From contig OZ245758.1 of NCBI GenBank assembly GCA_965227405.1, positions 3,188,338-3,252,337 on the forward strand: a stretch of 64,000 bases of DNA. Direction: 5' to 3'. Of the stretch, positions 19,233 to 28,925 are shown in pieces. The translations under genes and the position numbers were made by a program. The notes beneath the pieces were generated by a model. That model saw only the letters and a list, made by a program, of their open reading frames with translations, was not told where the DNA came from and did not search any database. Every line of letters begins with the position of its first letter. The first letter of the stretch is position 1. The stretch is from Polyangiales bacterium. GTDB taxonomy: Bacteria; Myxococcota_A; Polyangia; Polyangiales; Houyiibacteriaceae.

Positions 19233-20957
19233 CTACGCAGCTGCGAAAGCGAGTTGGTGTTCGACCAACCGGTGGTAGAGACCGCGCGCGCTCATCAGTT
19301 GGTCGTGTTGTCCGCTTTCAACCACCTTGCCCGCTTCGAACACGATGATTCGGTCGGCGTCGCGCACGGTGCTGAGACGATGCGCAATGATCAGCGTGGT
19401 TCGATCGCGCGTGGCTTGACTCAGCGCTTCCTGAATCAGCGCTTCACTCTCGGCGTCCAGGTTCGAGGTCGCCTCATCCAAGATCAGAATGCGCGGGTCC
19501 GTAATCAACGCGCGCGCCAACGCGATTCGCTGCCGTTGTCCGCCACTGAGCTGAACACCGCGCTCGCCGCACAAGGTCTCGTAGCCATCGGGCAGGTCCA
19601 GCACGAAGTTGTGCGCATTGGCGGCTTTGGCCGCGCGTTCGATGTCGATGCGTGTGGCGTCCGGTGCGCCGTACGCGATGTTCTCGGCGATGGTGCCGCT
19701 GAAGAGAACCGGATCCTGCGGCACTAACGACATGGTGCTCCGCAGGTCCTCCACATCCAGATCGCGAATGTCGACGCCACCGAGTCGGATCACGCCTTTG
19801 CTGGGGTCAAAGAAGCGCGGCACCAAACTGATAAAGGTGCTCTTGCCGGCGCCGCTGGGCCCGACCAGCGCCACGGTCTCACCTTGTTTGATGTCGATCG
19901 TGACATCGGTGAGCACTTCCACATCAGGACGCGTGGGATAGGTGAATCCCACACCCTCGAAGCGCAGGTCTGAACGGATCGGCAACGCCTCGGGGTCGTC
20001 GGGACTTTGCACGTCGGGCACGGTGTCGATCATCTCGAACAAGCGTTTCGTCGCACCGGCTGCGCGCATCAACGCTGCCCACAAACTCGCCAGGCTACCG
20101 AGCGCCACCGCCACGATCGTCGTGTAGAGCAGAAACGCGGTCAGGCTGCCGGGGGTCATTTCGCCAAGCGCCACGCGACGGCCGCCCATCCAGATGATCG
20201 TTCCAATCGCAAGGAAGCCGGAGAGCGAAGCTCCGCTCATGAACGTTGCGCGCCAACGCGCAAGTCGGATGGCGTGGTCAAAAGCGTGTTCCACACCTTG
20301 GCCATAGGTTTCGGTTTCATCGGCTTCACGACGAAACGCTTGTACGGTGGCGATCGCACCAAACACCTCTTGGATGCGTGCGTTCGTTTTGGCGATCGCG
20401 TCCTGCACGCCAGTGCTCATCCGACGAATGGCCCTGCCAAACACCACAACGCCAATGCTTAGCGGCGGGACGATCGCGAGCATCACGAGTGTGAGCGTGG
20501 GATCGACGACGAAGAGCAGCGCCAACCCACCCAGCAACTGCGCGCCGTTACGAAGTGCCAAGCTCAGTTCAGAGCCCACCGCACCTTCGAGAATGGTGAC
20601 GTCGCCGGAAATACGACCGACAAGTTCACCGCTACGACGTTCGTGGAACCAACCCGGTGGAAGTTTGATGAGCTGTTGGATGACGCGTCGGCGCATGTCT
20701 GCGACCGCGCGTTCACCGAGCCAGCTCATCAGGTAGTGACGCAGCCACGTGAACACGGCTTGCACCAAGAACAAGGCCAGTAGCGCGATGGCCATCTGGT
20801 CGAGTTCCTCGAGGGAGCCTTCGCTCAGACCTCGGTCGACAGCGATCTTGACAGCCTGCGGGTAGATCAATCCGATCGCGCTTCCCAAGAATAGGAAGAG
20901 CGTCGCCAGCGCAAAGCGACCCTTGTAGGGCCGAATGAGCTGGATCAGGCGTTTCAT
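19233..20957 (-). CDS. ABC transporter, fused permease/ATP-binding (MsbA-like exporter)
   Basis: Six-TM N-terminal domain plus an NBD with Walker A GPSGAGKST, signature LSGGQRQR and Walker B ILILDEATS. Confidence 0.8.
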   Translation of the reverse strand: MKRLIQLIRPYKGRFALATLFLFLGSAIGLIYPQAVKIAVDRGLSEGSLEELDQMAIALLALFLVQAVFTWLRHYLMSWLGERAVADMRRRVIQQLIKLPPGWFHERRSGELVGRISGDVTILEGAVGSELSLALRNGAQLLGGLALLFVVDPTLTLVMLAIVPPLSIGVVVFGRAIRRMSTGVQDAIAKTNARIQEVFGAIATVQAFRREADETETYGQGVEHAFDHAIRLARWRATFMSGASLSGFLAIGTIIWMGGRRVALGEMTPGSLTAFLLYTTIVAVALGSLASLWAALMRAAGATKRLFEMIDTVPDVQSPDDPEALPIRSDLRFEGVGFTYPTRPDVEVLTDVTIDIKQGETVALVGPSGAGKSTFISLVPRFFDPSKGVIRLGGVDIRDLDVEDLRSTMSLVPQDPVLFSGTIAENIAYGAPDATRIDIERAAKAANAHNFVLDLPDGYETLCGERGVQLSGGQRQRIALARALITDPRILILDEATSNLDAESEALIQEALSQATRDRTTLIIAHRLSTVRDADRIIVFEAGKVVESGQHDQLMSARGLYHRLVEHQLAFAAA

Positions 20958-20989
20958 GGCGTCGGGCTCACGGCGTCAGGCTCACGGCG

Positions 20990-21952
20990 TCAGGCTCTCT
21001 GGTCGAGGACGTCATCCATGAACGCAAAAGCGTCGCGCCAGCACTGCCGAGCGTTACGACGGAACACAAACGCATGGAACGCGTGCGGTTCCTTGTCGTA
21101 GTGGGGGCTTTGGTGTTCGACACCGCGTTTTTCGAGCGCGCGACTCAGGCGAATTGTGTCGTCGAGTACCGGGTCACCGGTTCCGCAGGGTGCGAAGAAG
21201 GGCGGTAACGCGTGAATGGGGTTGGTGTCGCTCTCCAACACGACCAAGGGATCGGCCAACGTGCCGCTCTGACGAGGTCCGTCACCGAGGTAGGCGATTT
21301 CGATCTGTCGCATCCGGTCCTGCACGATCTGCGGAACGCTGTCGAAGTAGCGCTCCAAGTTGGATGCTTGCAGCAGTCCGCAAAAGGGCATGCTCGCGAT
21401 CGGTCGCACGTCGAGTTCGTGGACGTCGCGCGCATAGGGTTCGTCCCGTTCGAAGTGCGTGGCGACCGTGAGTCCCGTGATCAAGTTGGCGCCTGCGGAC
21501 TCGCCCGCGAGAAAGAGTCGGGAGATGTCACCACCGTACTCGTGCGCGTGTTCGACGACCCACCGGTAGGCGTCGCATGCGTCTTGGAGTGCAGCGGGGA
21601 AACTGTGCGCTGGAGCCAATCGGTAGTTGATGTTGAACACGACGTAGCCCCGATCGGCGAACGCGAGACCCATCAACCAGTGCGTGTCCTTGGACAGGAT
21701 TCGGAAGCCGCCGCCATGTACGTGAAGCACGACGGGCAAGGGTCCAGACGCGTTCTTGGGCCGATACACATCCAGTAAATGCGCTGAATCGTGACTGTGG
21801 AGGTACGGAATGTTGCGGCTGATCTCGAGCCGCGATTCCACCTCTCGCGCCTTCGGATGAAGCTTGGCACTTGCCGAAAGTCCTCGGAAAAAGGCCTCGA
21901 TCGCGAACCCACTCGCGTTTTGACGCAGCTTGGCAAGACGTGTGCTCATCAC
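20990..21952 (-). CDS. Alpha/beta hydrolase fold-3 esterase/lipase (HSL family)
   Basis: HGGGF oxyanion motif and GESAGANL nucleophile elbow. Confidence 0.7.
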   Translation of the reverse strand: MMSTRLAKLRQNASGFAIEAFFRGLSASAKLHPKAREVESRLEISRNIPYLHSHDSAHLLDVYRPKNASGPLPVVLHVHGGGFRILSKDTHWLMGLAFADRGYVVFNINYRLAPAHSFPAALQDACDAYRWVVEHAHEYGGDISRLFLAGESAGANLITGLTVATHFERDEPYARDVHELDVRPIASMPFCGLLQASNLERYFDSVPQIVQDRMRQIEIAYLGDGPRQSGTLADPLVVLESDTNPIHALPPFFAPCGTGDPVLDDTIRLSRALEKRGVEHQSPHYDKEPHAFHAFVFRRNARQCWRDAFAFMDDVLDQRA

Positions 21953-21994
21953 GTTTCACCATGACTCAGAAGGGTCAATCGCGCGACGTGCCTT

Positions 21995-22630
21995 ATGCAC
22001 AACCCAAATTCACTGGTAAACTCAACTCTGAGAGGAGCAGGACCCATTTCGGCCAAGGTATTTGTTGGCAATCTCAACTATCGAACGACCAAGGAGGAGC
22101 TCATCGCTTTCCTGTCGCCCGCTGGTGAGATTGTAGATGCGTTTCTTCCCACCGATCGCGAGACCGGACGACCCCGAGGTTTCGGATTCGTGACGTTCGC
22201 GAGCGAGGAACAAGCGCAGGCGTGCATCGAGCAGTTCGACGGAGTCGAAATGGGCGGACGGCGTCTGAACATTAACAAAGCGGACGACCGTGGTCGGAAG
22301 CCGCGGCGCAGCGAACCCGCAACGGAGTTCAAGCGTGGCGGTCGAGGACGCGGAGGCCCCGGTGGTGGTGGCGGCGGTGGACGTCGCGACGATCGCCGTG
22401 GAGGTGGAGGGGGTCGAGGAGGACCTCGCCCACCGCGCCCGCCTCGTGGTGCAGCAGCACCGCCGCCTCCTGAACCGGAGTACACGACTGAAGATCGACG
22501 AGATCCCGACGCGACGGATGAGTCCCACGAGACTGATGAATGGGGTAAGTCGTCGCAGCCTTGGAAGAAGAAGAAGAAGAAGTCCAAGGGCAGTCGTCGC
22601 GGTTTGCGCTCCAAGAAGCGCAGCCTCTAG
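21995..22630 (+). CDS. RRM-type RNA-binding protein with an RGG/Gly-Arg-Pro-rich tail
   Basis: RNP1/RNP2 motifs (KVFVGNLNY, RGFGFVTF) followed by GGRGRGGPGGGGGGGRRDDRRGGGGGRGGPRPPRPP. Confidence 0.75.
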   Translation: MHNPNSLVNSTLRGAGPISAKVFVGNLNYRTTKEELIAFLSPAGEIVDAFLPTDRETGRPRGFGFVTFASEEQAQACIEQFDGVEMGGRRLNINKADDRGRKPRRSEPATEFKRGGRGRGGPGGGGGGGRRDDRRGGGGGRGGPRPPRPPRGAAAPPPPEPEYTTEDRRDPDATDESHETDEWGKSSQPWKKKKKKSKGSRRGLRSKKRSL

Positions 22631-22663
22631 CGTTTCTCAAAACCGCGTTTTCTTCGGAGCCAT

Positions 22664-23089
22664 ATGCGCTTTCTGCACTCGATGATCCGCGTCCGCGATC
22701 TGGACGCGGCACTCGAATTCTTCTGCAACCAACTGGGACTCCGCGAAGTTCGTCGGCGTGATCACGAAGGCGGGCGGTTTACGCTCGTCTTCCTGGAAAC
22801 CGGTTCGGATGGCGATGCCGCGCAAATCGAGCTGACCCACAACTGGGACCAAGACGAGCCCTACACCGGTGGGCGCAACTTCGGACATCTCGCGTTTGAG
22901 GTGGAGGACATCTACGCGTTGTGTGAGTCGTTGCAGAAGAGTGGCGTGACGATTCTTCGTCCACCGCGCGATGGTCGAATGGCGTTTGTGCGTTCGCCGG
23001 ATCAGATCAGCGTGGAGCTACTGCAACGGGGCGAAGCCTTGCCGCCGAAGGAGCCCTGGGCGTCGATGCCGTCCACGGGTGAGTGGTAG
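22664..23089 (+). CDS. gloA: Lactoylglutathione lyase (glyoxalase I)
   Basis: 141 aa starting [14 protein letters not shown]..., with the IELTHNW and HLAFEV VOC metal-binding pattern typical of GloA. Confidence 0.75.
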   Translation: MRFLHSMIRVRDLDAALEFFCNQLGLREVRRRDHEGGRFTLVFLETGSDGDAAQIELTHNWDQDEPYTGGRNFGHLAFEVEDIYALCESLQKSGVTILRPPRDGRMAFVRSPDQISVELLQRGEALPPKEPWASMPSTGEW

Positions 23090-23097
23090 CGGTCCGT

Positions 23098-23298
23098 CAT
23101 TGCGCGTTGCGCAATGGCTGTCCGCGAAGCTGTTTGCGCGATGAACGCAACTAGGAGCTGAGAGCACGGAACAGAGGACTCAGAACACGGATCGCACGAA
23201 GACCGACACACGCGATCCGGCGGTCCATGTTGTTAATGTTAATTCTCTGGTCCGTGCTCCCAGTTGCTAGTTGCGTTCAACTCGTCCGCGAAGCTGTT
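23098..23298. repeat. Second copy of the REP/MITE-like element (see 8046-8200), with an 8-bp palindrome and GTCCGCGAAGCTGTT flanks
   Basis: Palindrome cattgcgc-gtt-gcgcaatg (23098-23116). Motif at 23120-23134, + unit at 23144-23203, - unit at 23252-23280, motif again at 23284-23298 and a further copy at 23446-23460. Confidence 0.8.
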
Positions 23299-23474
23299 GC
23301 CCAGCCGAACAAGAGATGCGCATTGCGAAACTTAAACTGGATCTAAAATGAGTTGGCTCGGGTAGGAGACCGGAAAGGAATGTTCTCTGCAGGCTCCGAG
23401 CCTCCACGTCTCCCACTAAAATTCAAATCCAGCTCTGCGCCTCGTGTCCGCGAAGCCGTTGCGCACGCGCCAAC

Positions 23475-24440
23475 TCACGGTCCCGCGTCGAACAGACACG
23501 TCACTTCCTCCGCGTCCATCGAACGATCGTAAATCGCAACGCGATGGACTTGTCCGTCGTAGCCGCGTTCACCACCAAGCTCATCTCCGATCGCGAAGCG
23601 GTATGACCCAGGCGTCCAACCCAGTGTGTTCATCCCACACGGCCAATCCCCGTCCACGACCAAGCCGTTGAAGTACACCCGCGGCTCGCCGAGCGTGCCG
23701 CTAAACACCAACACGATGTGCTTCGGCGGATCGAGCGCTGTAAACACGGCGGGCTCGCTCACTGCAGCGCGTGTCATGTCGACGTCGTTGCAGCGTGTGC
23801 CTTGCTCATTGGTGCCATCGGTCTGAAGCCGGACCACACCGCTTCCCTCGTCGTGTCCGATCGTGAATGCCCGCTCGCTGCTATCGAGCGAAAGCGTCAC
23901 GATTCGTTCCGGTCCAAACTCCTCTTCCTGAACCAGGTCGAGTGCGCGGGTCCAAACCTCGACCGTGAACGACCCCGCGTCCAGCAGTGCGTTCATCAGC
24001 GCATCGCTGTCTTCTTGCGAAGCGGCCAATTGTCCGTTGCGTACTTCCACCAAACTCGCGGCTTCGACAATGGTGACCTCGCCGGTGATGTCGGTGAGTG
24101 GCACATCGGGTTCCGCAGGTGCGCGGTCCACGATCCGTGTCGTGTCGTCACCCTCTTCGAACTCGTAGAGAACAATCGGTGCGTCCGTCGTGCACATCTC
24201 GCCAACATCCGGAACGTCGGGTTGTGCGTCGTTGACGTCAGCATCGTTGACATCTGCAGCGGCATCGGTTGCATCGACGTTTGCGTCGGGTCCGGCGTCT
24301 TCCCCCATTACGCAGTTGCCCGCCAAGCACACTTCGCCTTCGTCGCAGTCGGTGATGATCTCGCATTCAACTGCCGGAAGGTCGTCGCCCCCGCAGGCGA
24401 TGAGCAACATCAAGCCGAGCCAACCACGCAAGGCGATCAC
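23475..24440 (-). CDS. Lipoprotein with a LamG/concanavalin-A-like lectin domain
   Basis: Lipobox LLIACGGDD, a Cys-rich stalk and a C-terminal region (FAIGDELGG...YDGQVHRVAIYDRSMDAEEV) typical of LamG_3 domains. Confidence 0.5.
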   Translation of the reverse strand: MIALRGWLGLMLLIACGGDDLPAVECEIITDCDEGEVCLAGNCVMGEDAGPDANVDATDAAADVNDADVNDAQPDVPDVGEMCTTDAPIVLYEFEEGDDTTRIVDRAPAEPDVPLTDITGEVTIVEAASLVEVRNGQLAASQEDSDALMNALLDAGSFTVEVWTRALDLVQEEEFGPERIVTLSLDSSERAFTIGHDEGSGVVRLQTDGTNEQGTRCNDVDMTRAAVSEPAVFTALDPPKHIVLVFSGTLGEPRVYFNGLVVDGDWPCGMNTLGWTPGSYRFAIGDELGGERGYDGQVHRVAIYDRSMDAEEVTCLFDAGP

Positions 24441-24465
24441 GATATCACCGCGATCGCGGGTGGGC

Positions 24466-25341
24466 TCAGTTCTCGACGACCCCGCGACTCTCCGCGCTCA
24501 CATCACGGCCGCGTTCGTAGTTCAAACGCTGCTCCCATGCGCGCATCGGTTCCAACCCAAGCGATTCAAGCTTCGGAAAGATTTCGTCTTCCAAGGTAGC
24601 GAAGAAGATCGCGGCAAACTCTTCCTTGGTCAGCGTGCCCAAGTTCGCGGGACCTTGTTCGATCACGACCTCTCGCTCTTGGAGATCTTCGACCGTCACA
24701 CCGCCGCACGTCGTTCGTTCGAAACCCGCAAACGACTGTGCCAACTCCGTGTTCAGCGCGTTGCGTTGCACGTCGTCGAGGTCGGGTACCAACACCGAAG
24801 CGGCCTCCCACCCAAAGCTCGCGTGAAAGCGTTCGTCGCGAAGGATCTGTTGTGCGCACGCGTGCGGTAACGCGTCGGTGGACACGACAGCGACGGCGTC
24901 CAACATCGGTTTGGACAACGTCTCGCCCAAACAACACGCAACGACGATCGCGCGGGCAGTCCATCCACGAAGCTCCATCTCTGTCGCTCTGCCATCGGGT
25001 GGGAGGATCGGTGCATCGGGCCATGGTGCGCGAGGTCGTCGCCACCGATAGAACGCATCGTCGCCTTCGGGATAGAACGCCAATGCGGCCCGTGCGCAGA
25101 GTTCGACGTGGCGAACCTCGTCGGTGATCAGTCGGGCGACTGCGCCGAGCAGTTCGATCGGAGCGCGGAGCTCCGTGAGGGCTCGCGCGACAGCCGCAAA
25201 CTGATGCACGGATCCATGTTCGGCTTGTGCACGCCCGGTCCACTGCCACGCGGCTTCACGGCGCAGGTCGAGTTCGTACGCATCGGTTTGAAACGCGTCG
25301 AAGTCTGGCCAGGGTTCCCGCCGAACTTGATGCCGATGCAT
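24466..25341 (-). CDS. Ferritin-like domain protein (hypothetical)
   Basis: Helical protein with spaced E..H pairs (EVRHVELCARAAL, RDERFHASFGWE) reminiscent of ferritin-like di-iron folds. Weak call. Confidence 0.35.
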   Translation of the reverse strand: MHRHQVRREPWPDFDAFQTDAYELDLRREAAWQWTGRAQAEHGSVHQFAAVARALTELRAPIELLGAVARLITDEVRHVELCARAALAFYPEGDDAFYRWRRPRAPWPDAPILPPDGRATEMELRGWTARAIVVACCLGETLSKPMLDAVAVVSTDALPHACAQQILRDERFHASFGWEAASVLVPDLDDVQRNALNTELAQSFAGFERTTCGGVTVEDLQEREVVIEQGPANLGTLTKEEFAAIFFATLEDEIFPKLESLGLEPMRAWEQRLNYERGRDVSAESRGVVEN

Positions 25342-25388
25342 TGCGCCTAAGGCGTTGGTCGCCTTGCGCAGAAGTTCGCGCGCAGAAG

Positions 25389-25823
25389 TCAGAAGTCGAG
25401 GTCGTCGGGAACGGGGTTGGCTGTCGGACGAGGCCGAGGCGGGCGACGCCGGGTGTTGACCATGTGCGTTCGCATTCGCGGGTCGAGCCCAATCGTTCCC
25501 ATCGTCTCGCCCTCAACAGTCACGGCGTCCATGGTCTCAGCTTCCATGGTCTCGGCTTCCACGGCTTCGTCCATCCCAATCGCTTCGGTGCCCAACGCTT
25601 GGTCCACAGTCAGGTTGGTCCGCGCAGGCGGTGGCTCGGGCTGCATCACCGGTTCTTCCTGCATGATCGGGACGTTGATCGCCGGCGGTTCCTCGGGCCC
25701 AGGGTTGACCGCAATCGGTCGATCATCTCCGCACGCGATGCTCCCGATCAAAGGTGCCGAAACGAGCAGTGCGCTGCTGACACGGAAACGAAGCTTGCGG
25801 GGCTTGCGAAGCGGATCGGACAT
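25389..25823 (-). CDS. Small Pro/Glu/Met-rich lipoprotein (hypothetical)
   Basis: Start at the internal ATG giving MSDPLRKPRKLRFRVSSALLVSAPLIGSIACGDD (lipobox). Tail ETMEAETMDAVTVEGETMGT. Confidence 0.45.
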   Translation of the reverse strand: MSDPLRKPRKLRFRVSSALLVSAPLIGSIACGDDRPIAVNPGPEEPPAINVPIMQEEPVMQPEPPPARTNLTVDQALGTEAIGMDEAVEAETMEAETMDAVTVEGETMGTIGLDPRMRTHMVNTRRRPPRPRPTANPVPDDLDF

Positions 25824-25863
25824 GCGGCCTAGCCTACACCAATGCGCGTGGTAGATCCTCGGC

Positions 25864-26346
25864 ATGGAAATCGCCGACGGCAAGGTCGTCACTATCGACT
25901 ACGTGCTTCGAAACAAGGGTGGCGAGGAGATCGATCGGTCCAAACCGGACTCCCCGATGGTCTACCTGCACGGTCATCGGAACATCGTTGTCGGGCTGGA
26001 GAAGCAGCTCACCGGGAAGACCAAAGGCGATGAAGTCAAAGCTGTCGTTCCGCCGGAAGAAGGGTACGGCCCGAAGCAGAAGATCAAACCACTGCGTGTT
26101 CCGAAGTCGCAGCTACCTGACGACATCGACCTGAAGAAGGGTTCGCAGTTGATCATGCAGCAGGACGGAAAGCGCTACCCGGTGTGGGTGCAGAAGGTTC
26201 AGGGGCCGACGGTTGTGCTGACCCCGCAGCATCCACTCGCGGGCGAAGAACTGCACTTCGAGGTCACGGTGAAAGACATCCGTGATGCGACGGAGGAAGA
26301 GATCGCGCACGGTCACGTGCACGGCCCTGGTGGTCACGAACACTGA
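25864..26346 (+). CDS. slyD: FKBP-type peptidyl-prolyl isomerase SlyD
   Basis: IDYVLRNKGGEEIDRS...PMVYLHGHRNIVVGLEKQL... with the insert-in-flap domain and a His-rich C-terminus (EEEIAHGHVHGPGGHEH), as in E. coli SlyD. Confidence 0.8.
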   Translation: MEIADGKVVTIDYVLRNKGGEEIDRSKPDSPMVYLHGHRNIVVGLEKQLTGKTKGDEVKAVVPPEEGYGPKQKIKPLRVPKSQLPDDIDLKKGSQLIMQQDGKRYPVWVQKVQGPTVVLTPQHPLAGEELHFEVTVKDIRDATEEEIAHGHVHGPGGHEH

Positions 26347-26347
26347 C

Positions 26348-27145
26348 GTGGATCTGACGGGCAAGCGCGTCACGATCGCGGGCAAGCTCGCGGGCTATTG
26401 GGCGAAGGGGAACCTCGCCGGTCGGATCAAACAACTGGGCGGTGAGTTGACCGAGTCGTTTGATCGTACGGCCGACATCGTGGTGATCGCGAGCAAGGCG
26501 AAGGGGTTTCGAAAGCGCATCGCGAAGATGAACGCCGTGGAGATCACCGAGCAGCAGCTTGAGGAGATCGTCGCCGAACGTCCGCAACCCAAACCTGCGA
26601 AGCCGCCACCCAAGGCGGACAAGGATTCCTTTCGCAATGCGCTTGTGACGTCTGGTGACGCGGTAGGCCGCCGCGACGCGTTGGTCGAAGCGATCTGCGA
26701 TCACGTTGAGAGGGGCTTCGACGTGATCATGGACGCGTCGCGAGACGCGGTTCGCGCTTTGGATCCCAACGCGGAACCACAAACGCTGCTCGTGTGGATC
26801 GCGTGGTCCGAAGCGTCCGTATTCGTCGTGCCCAAGGACGTGCCCGATTGGCTGAAGCGAGACTTGAAGCTCGTCGACAAGATGGTCGTCTACTACGAGG
26901 TCGGAACCGAGCTGAAGTCGTACGGAGCGGCGATGCGTCTTCTCGTCGCAACGGGGGACGCGCCGCAATGGGTGTGGGACAAGATGCGTGGTGACTTGGA
27001 CGGCTTCGAAGAGTCAGGCCTGAACAGCGTCGAGGACCTTGTCGTGCTTGGTTCACCTCTCGCCGAACACCGGGTTCGGAGCGTCGGGGAACTGAACTTT
27101 CCAATCGACAGGCTCGTGGTGGTGAATGACCACATTCCCTGGTGA
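26348..27145 (+). CDS. BRCT domain-containing protein (hypothetical)
   Basis: N-terminal LTGKRVTIAGKLAGY... BRCT-like fold followed by an uncharacterised region. Start set at GTG 26348 immediately after the slyD stop; the exact start is uncertain. Confidence 0.4.
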   Translation: MDLTGKRVTIAGKLAGYWAKGNLAGRIKQLGGELTESFDRTADIVVIASKAKGFRKRIAKMNAVEITEQQLEEIVAERPQPKPAKPPPKADKDSFRNALVTSGDAVGRRDALVEAICDHVERGFDVIMDASRDAVRALDPNAEPQTLLVWIAWSEASVFVVPKDVPDWLKRDLKLVDKMVVYYEVGTELKSYGAAMRLLVATGDAPQWVWDKMRGDLDGFEESGLNSVEDLVVLGSPLAEHRVRSVGELNFPIDRLVVVNDHIPW

Positions 27146-27266
27146 AAAGAGAACGCTTTTCACGACTGACCAGAGTGTGACCAACGTGGAGACGAGTGGG
27201 GTCTCGCAATCCGTGCAACTTGGGTCGATGGACCCGCCGCGAGCACAGATCGTCGACGTTTTTGTC

Positions 27267-27282
27267 TGGCGCGACGTTTGCT
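27267..27282 (+). promoter_or_regulatory. Candidate sigma-54 promoter (TGGCGC-N5-TTGCT) about 12 nt upstream of the 27294 ATG
   Basis: tGGcgcgacgtttGCt has the GG-N10-GC spacing of -24/-12 promoters. It implies a near-leaderless transcript, so the call is weak. Confidence 0.2.
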
Positions 27283-27293
27283 CTTAGCGAGGT

Positions 27294-28691
27294 ATGCGTC
27301 CGCTCGCCGTCTCTGTACTTTTCTTGTTGGCCTGTTCTCCGAACTCCATCTCCACCCCGACCCGAGACTCCGGTCCAGGCGGCGGAACCGATACGGGCGG
27401 TGGCTTCTTCGACTCGGGTCCGCGACCTGACACCGGACCTCGGCCGGACACCGGACCTCCTCGACCCGGAGATGCCGATGGTGATGGCCTGCCCGATACA
27501 GACGAGACCGCACGCGGCACCGACCCTTCCAACCCGGACAGCGATGGGGACGGAATCAACGACGGCGTCGAGGTGCTCGCGGGCACGGATCCGACGGATG
27601 CGGGTTCGACCATTCCTTCGACCGACTTCTACGTCGTGTTGCCGATGGGGAGCGGACCCGACCTTCGCGAGATGGAGTTCAGCGCACGCCTTGGAAAGGG
27701 CGACGTCTTCTTCTTGGTCGACACGACCGGTTCGATGGGGACCGCGATCAACAACGTTCGTAGTTCGCTTCGCGACTCGATCGTTCCTGCAGTGGCGGAA
27801 GCGATTGCCGATGTGCGCATGGGTGTTGGCGACTACCGCGACTTCCCAAGTGGCGACTACGGCTCGCCCGGCGACTGGCCCTTCCGACTGCGCCAAGCGA
27901 TGACCGACGACGTTGCCGCTGTGCAAAGTGGATTGGGTGCATTGAGCGCCGGCGGTGGAGCGGACACTCCCGAAGCGTTGGTCGAAGGCATGTGGGAGTC
28001 GGTCGCAGGAAGCTGCGCTAGCGGAGCGGGTTTCGGCCAAGCGTGTTTCCGCCCGGATAGCCACCCGATCATCGTTGCGGTCACGGACGCACCCGGACAC
28101 AACGCGCCAGGTTCGGATCCCTATGTGGGCATCAGTGCACGTTCGTACGCAGAAACCATTTCATCGCTCAACGCACAAGGCGTGAAAATCGTGGGTGCGG
28201 CCGTGGAGATCTTCGGTGGCATCGGTGGCCTCTTCGGCGGTGGTGCACGCAACGATCTCGAAGACTTCGCGCGCGACACCAACTCTCGGTCGAGCACCGG
28301 TTCGCTTACGGTCTACGACAGCGATGGCGGCAACGTGAGCACGTCGATCGTCGACGGCATCATCGACTTGGTTGGAGCCGAAACGCAGGATGTGACTGCA
28401 CGTTCGATCGACGATCCGAGTGATGCCGTGGATGCGACCCGCTTCATCAAAGCGATTCGTCCGGTGCGTGCAACGCGCGCGACCGACTTTGACAGCACGA
28501 CGTTCTTCGGAGTCGCAGGAGGCACGACGATCACGTTCGAGGTTCACTTCGAAAACGACTTCCAACCCGAAGAGAACTTCGTGCAGCTCTACCGCGCGGA
28601 GATCGAGATCCACGACCTGCCCGGCGGAACACAGCTCGACATCCGTCAGGTCTACATCGTGATCCCGCGCTTGGACGGTGGCCTGATCTGA
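27294..28691 (+). CDS. Lipoprotein with thrombospondin-type-3-like Ca-binding Asp repeats and a VWA-like domain
   Basis: Lipobox [32 protein letters not shown] repeats and [10 protein letters not shown] (MIDAS-like DxSxS). Confidence 0.6.
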   Translation: MRPLAVSVLFLLACSPNSISTPTRDSGPGGGTDTGGGFFDSGPRPDTGPRPDTGPPRPGDADGDGLPDTDETARGTDPSNPDSDGDGINDGVEVLAGTDPTDAGSTIPSTDFYVVLPMGSGPDLREMEFSARLGKGDVFFLVDTTGSMGTAINNVRSSLRDSIVPAVAEAIADVRMGVGDYRDFPSGDYGSPGDWPFRLRQAMTDDVAAVQSGLGALSAGGGADTPEALVEGMWESVAGSCASGAGFGQACFRPDSHPIIVAVTDAPGHNAPGSDPYVGISARSYAETISSLNAQGVKIVGAAVEIFGGIGGLFGGGARNDLEDFARDTNSRSSTGSLTVYDSDGGNVSTSIVDGIIDLVGAETQDVTARSIDDPSDAVDATRFIKAIRPVRATRATDFDSTTFFGVAGGTTITFEVHFENDFQPEENFVQLYRAEIEIHDLPGGTQLDIRQVYIVIPRLDGGLI

Positions 28692-28716
28692 GTGAACAGC
28701 TTTCACAACGGTGAGC

Positions 28717-28744
28717 CATATGGGGGTTCATTTTGGGGACAGGG
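28717..28744. promoter_or_regulatory. Conserved G-tract motif CATWTGGGGGTTCAKYTTGGGGACRGGG (copy 1), upstream of the 28926 operon
   Basis: About 27/32 positions are identical to 45086-45113. Two G-tracts 10-11 bp apart, resembling a direct-repeat binding site. Confidence 0.4.
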
Positions 28745-28925
28745 TCAGATCTGAACCGCACTCCTCCAAAATCAGTCCAATTGTCTCGCAAATGCGCATG
28801 CATGGTCAGGGAGTCCAGGTCCCCCAACTGAACTCTCTTGGTTTGGCTCAGCCCTTTCAGCTGCGACCGAACAAGGCCGATCGTGCGCCGGCTCACGAGC
28901 ACGGGGACTTCTGTGCCCTACAACT

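Noticed and set aside
23411-23430. tRNA-like T-loop sequence (AAATTCAAATCC)
   Set aside because: The flanking bases cannot form a T-stem or an acceptor stem, so there is no tRNA.
26727-28100. 457-aa minus-strand ORF, extremely Arg/Ser-rich, antisense to the BRCT and TSP3/VWA genes
   Set aside because: Typical high-GC antisense shadow ORF. Low-complexity Arg-rich composition, no domain, and it fully overlaps well-supported plus-strand genes.
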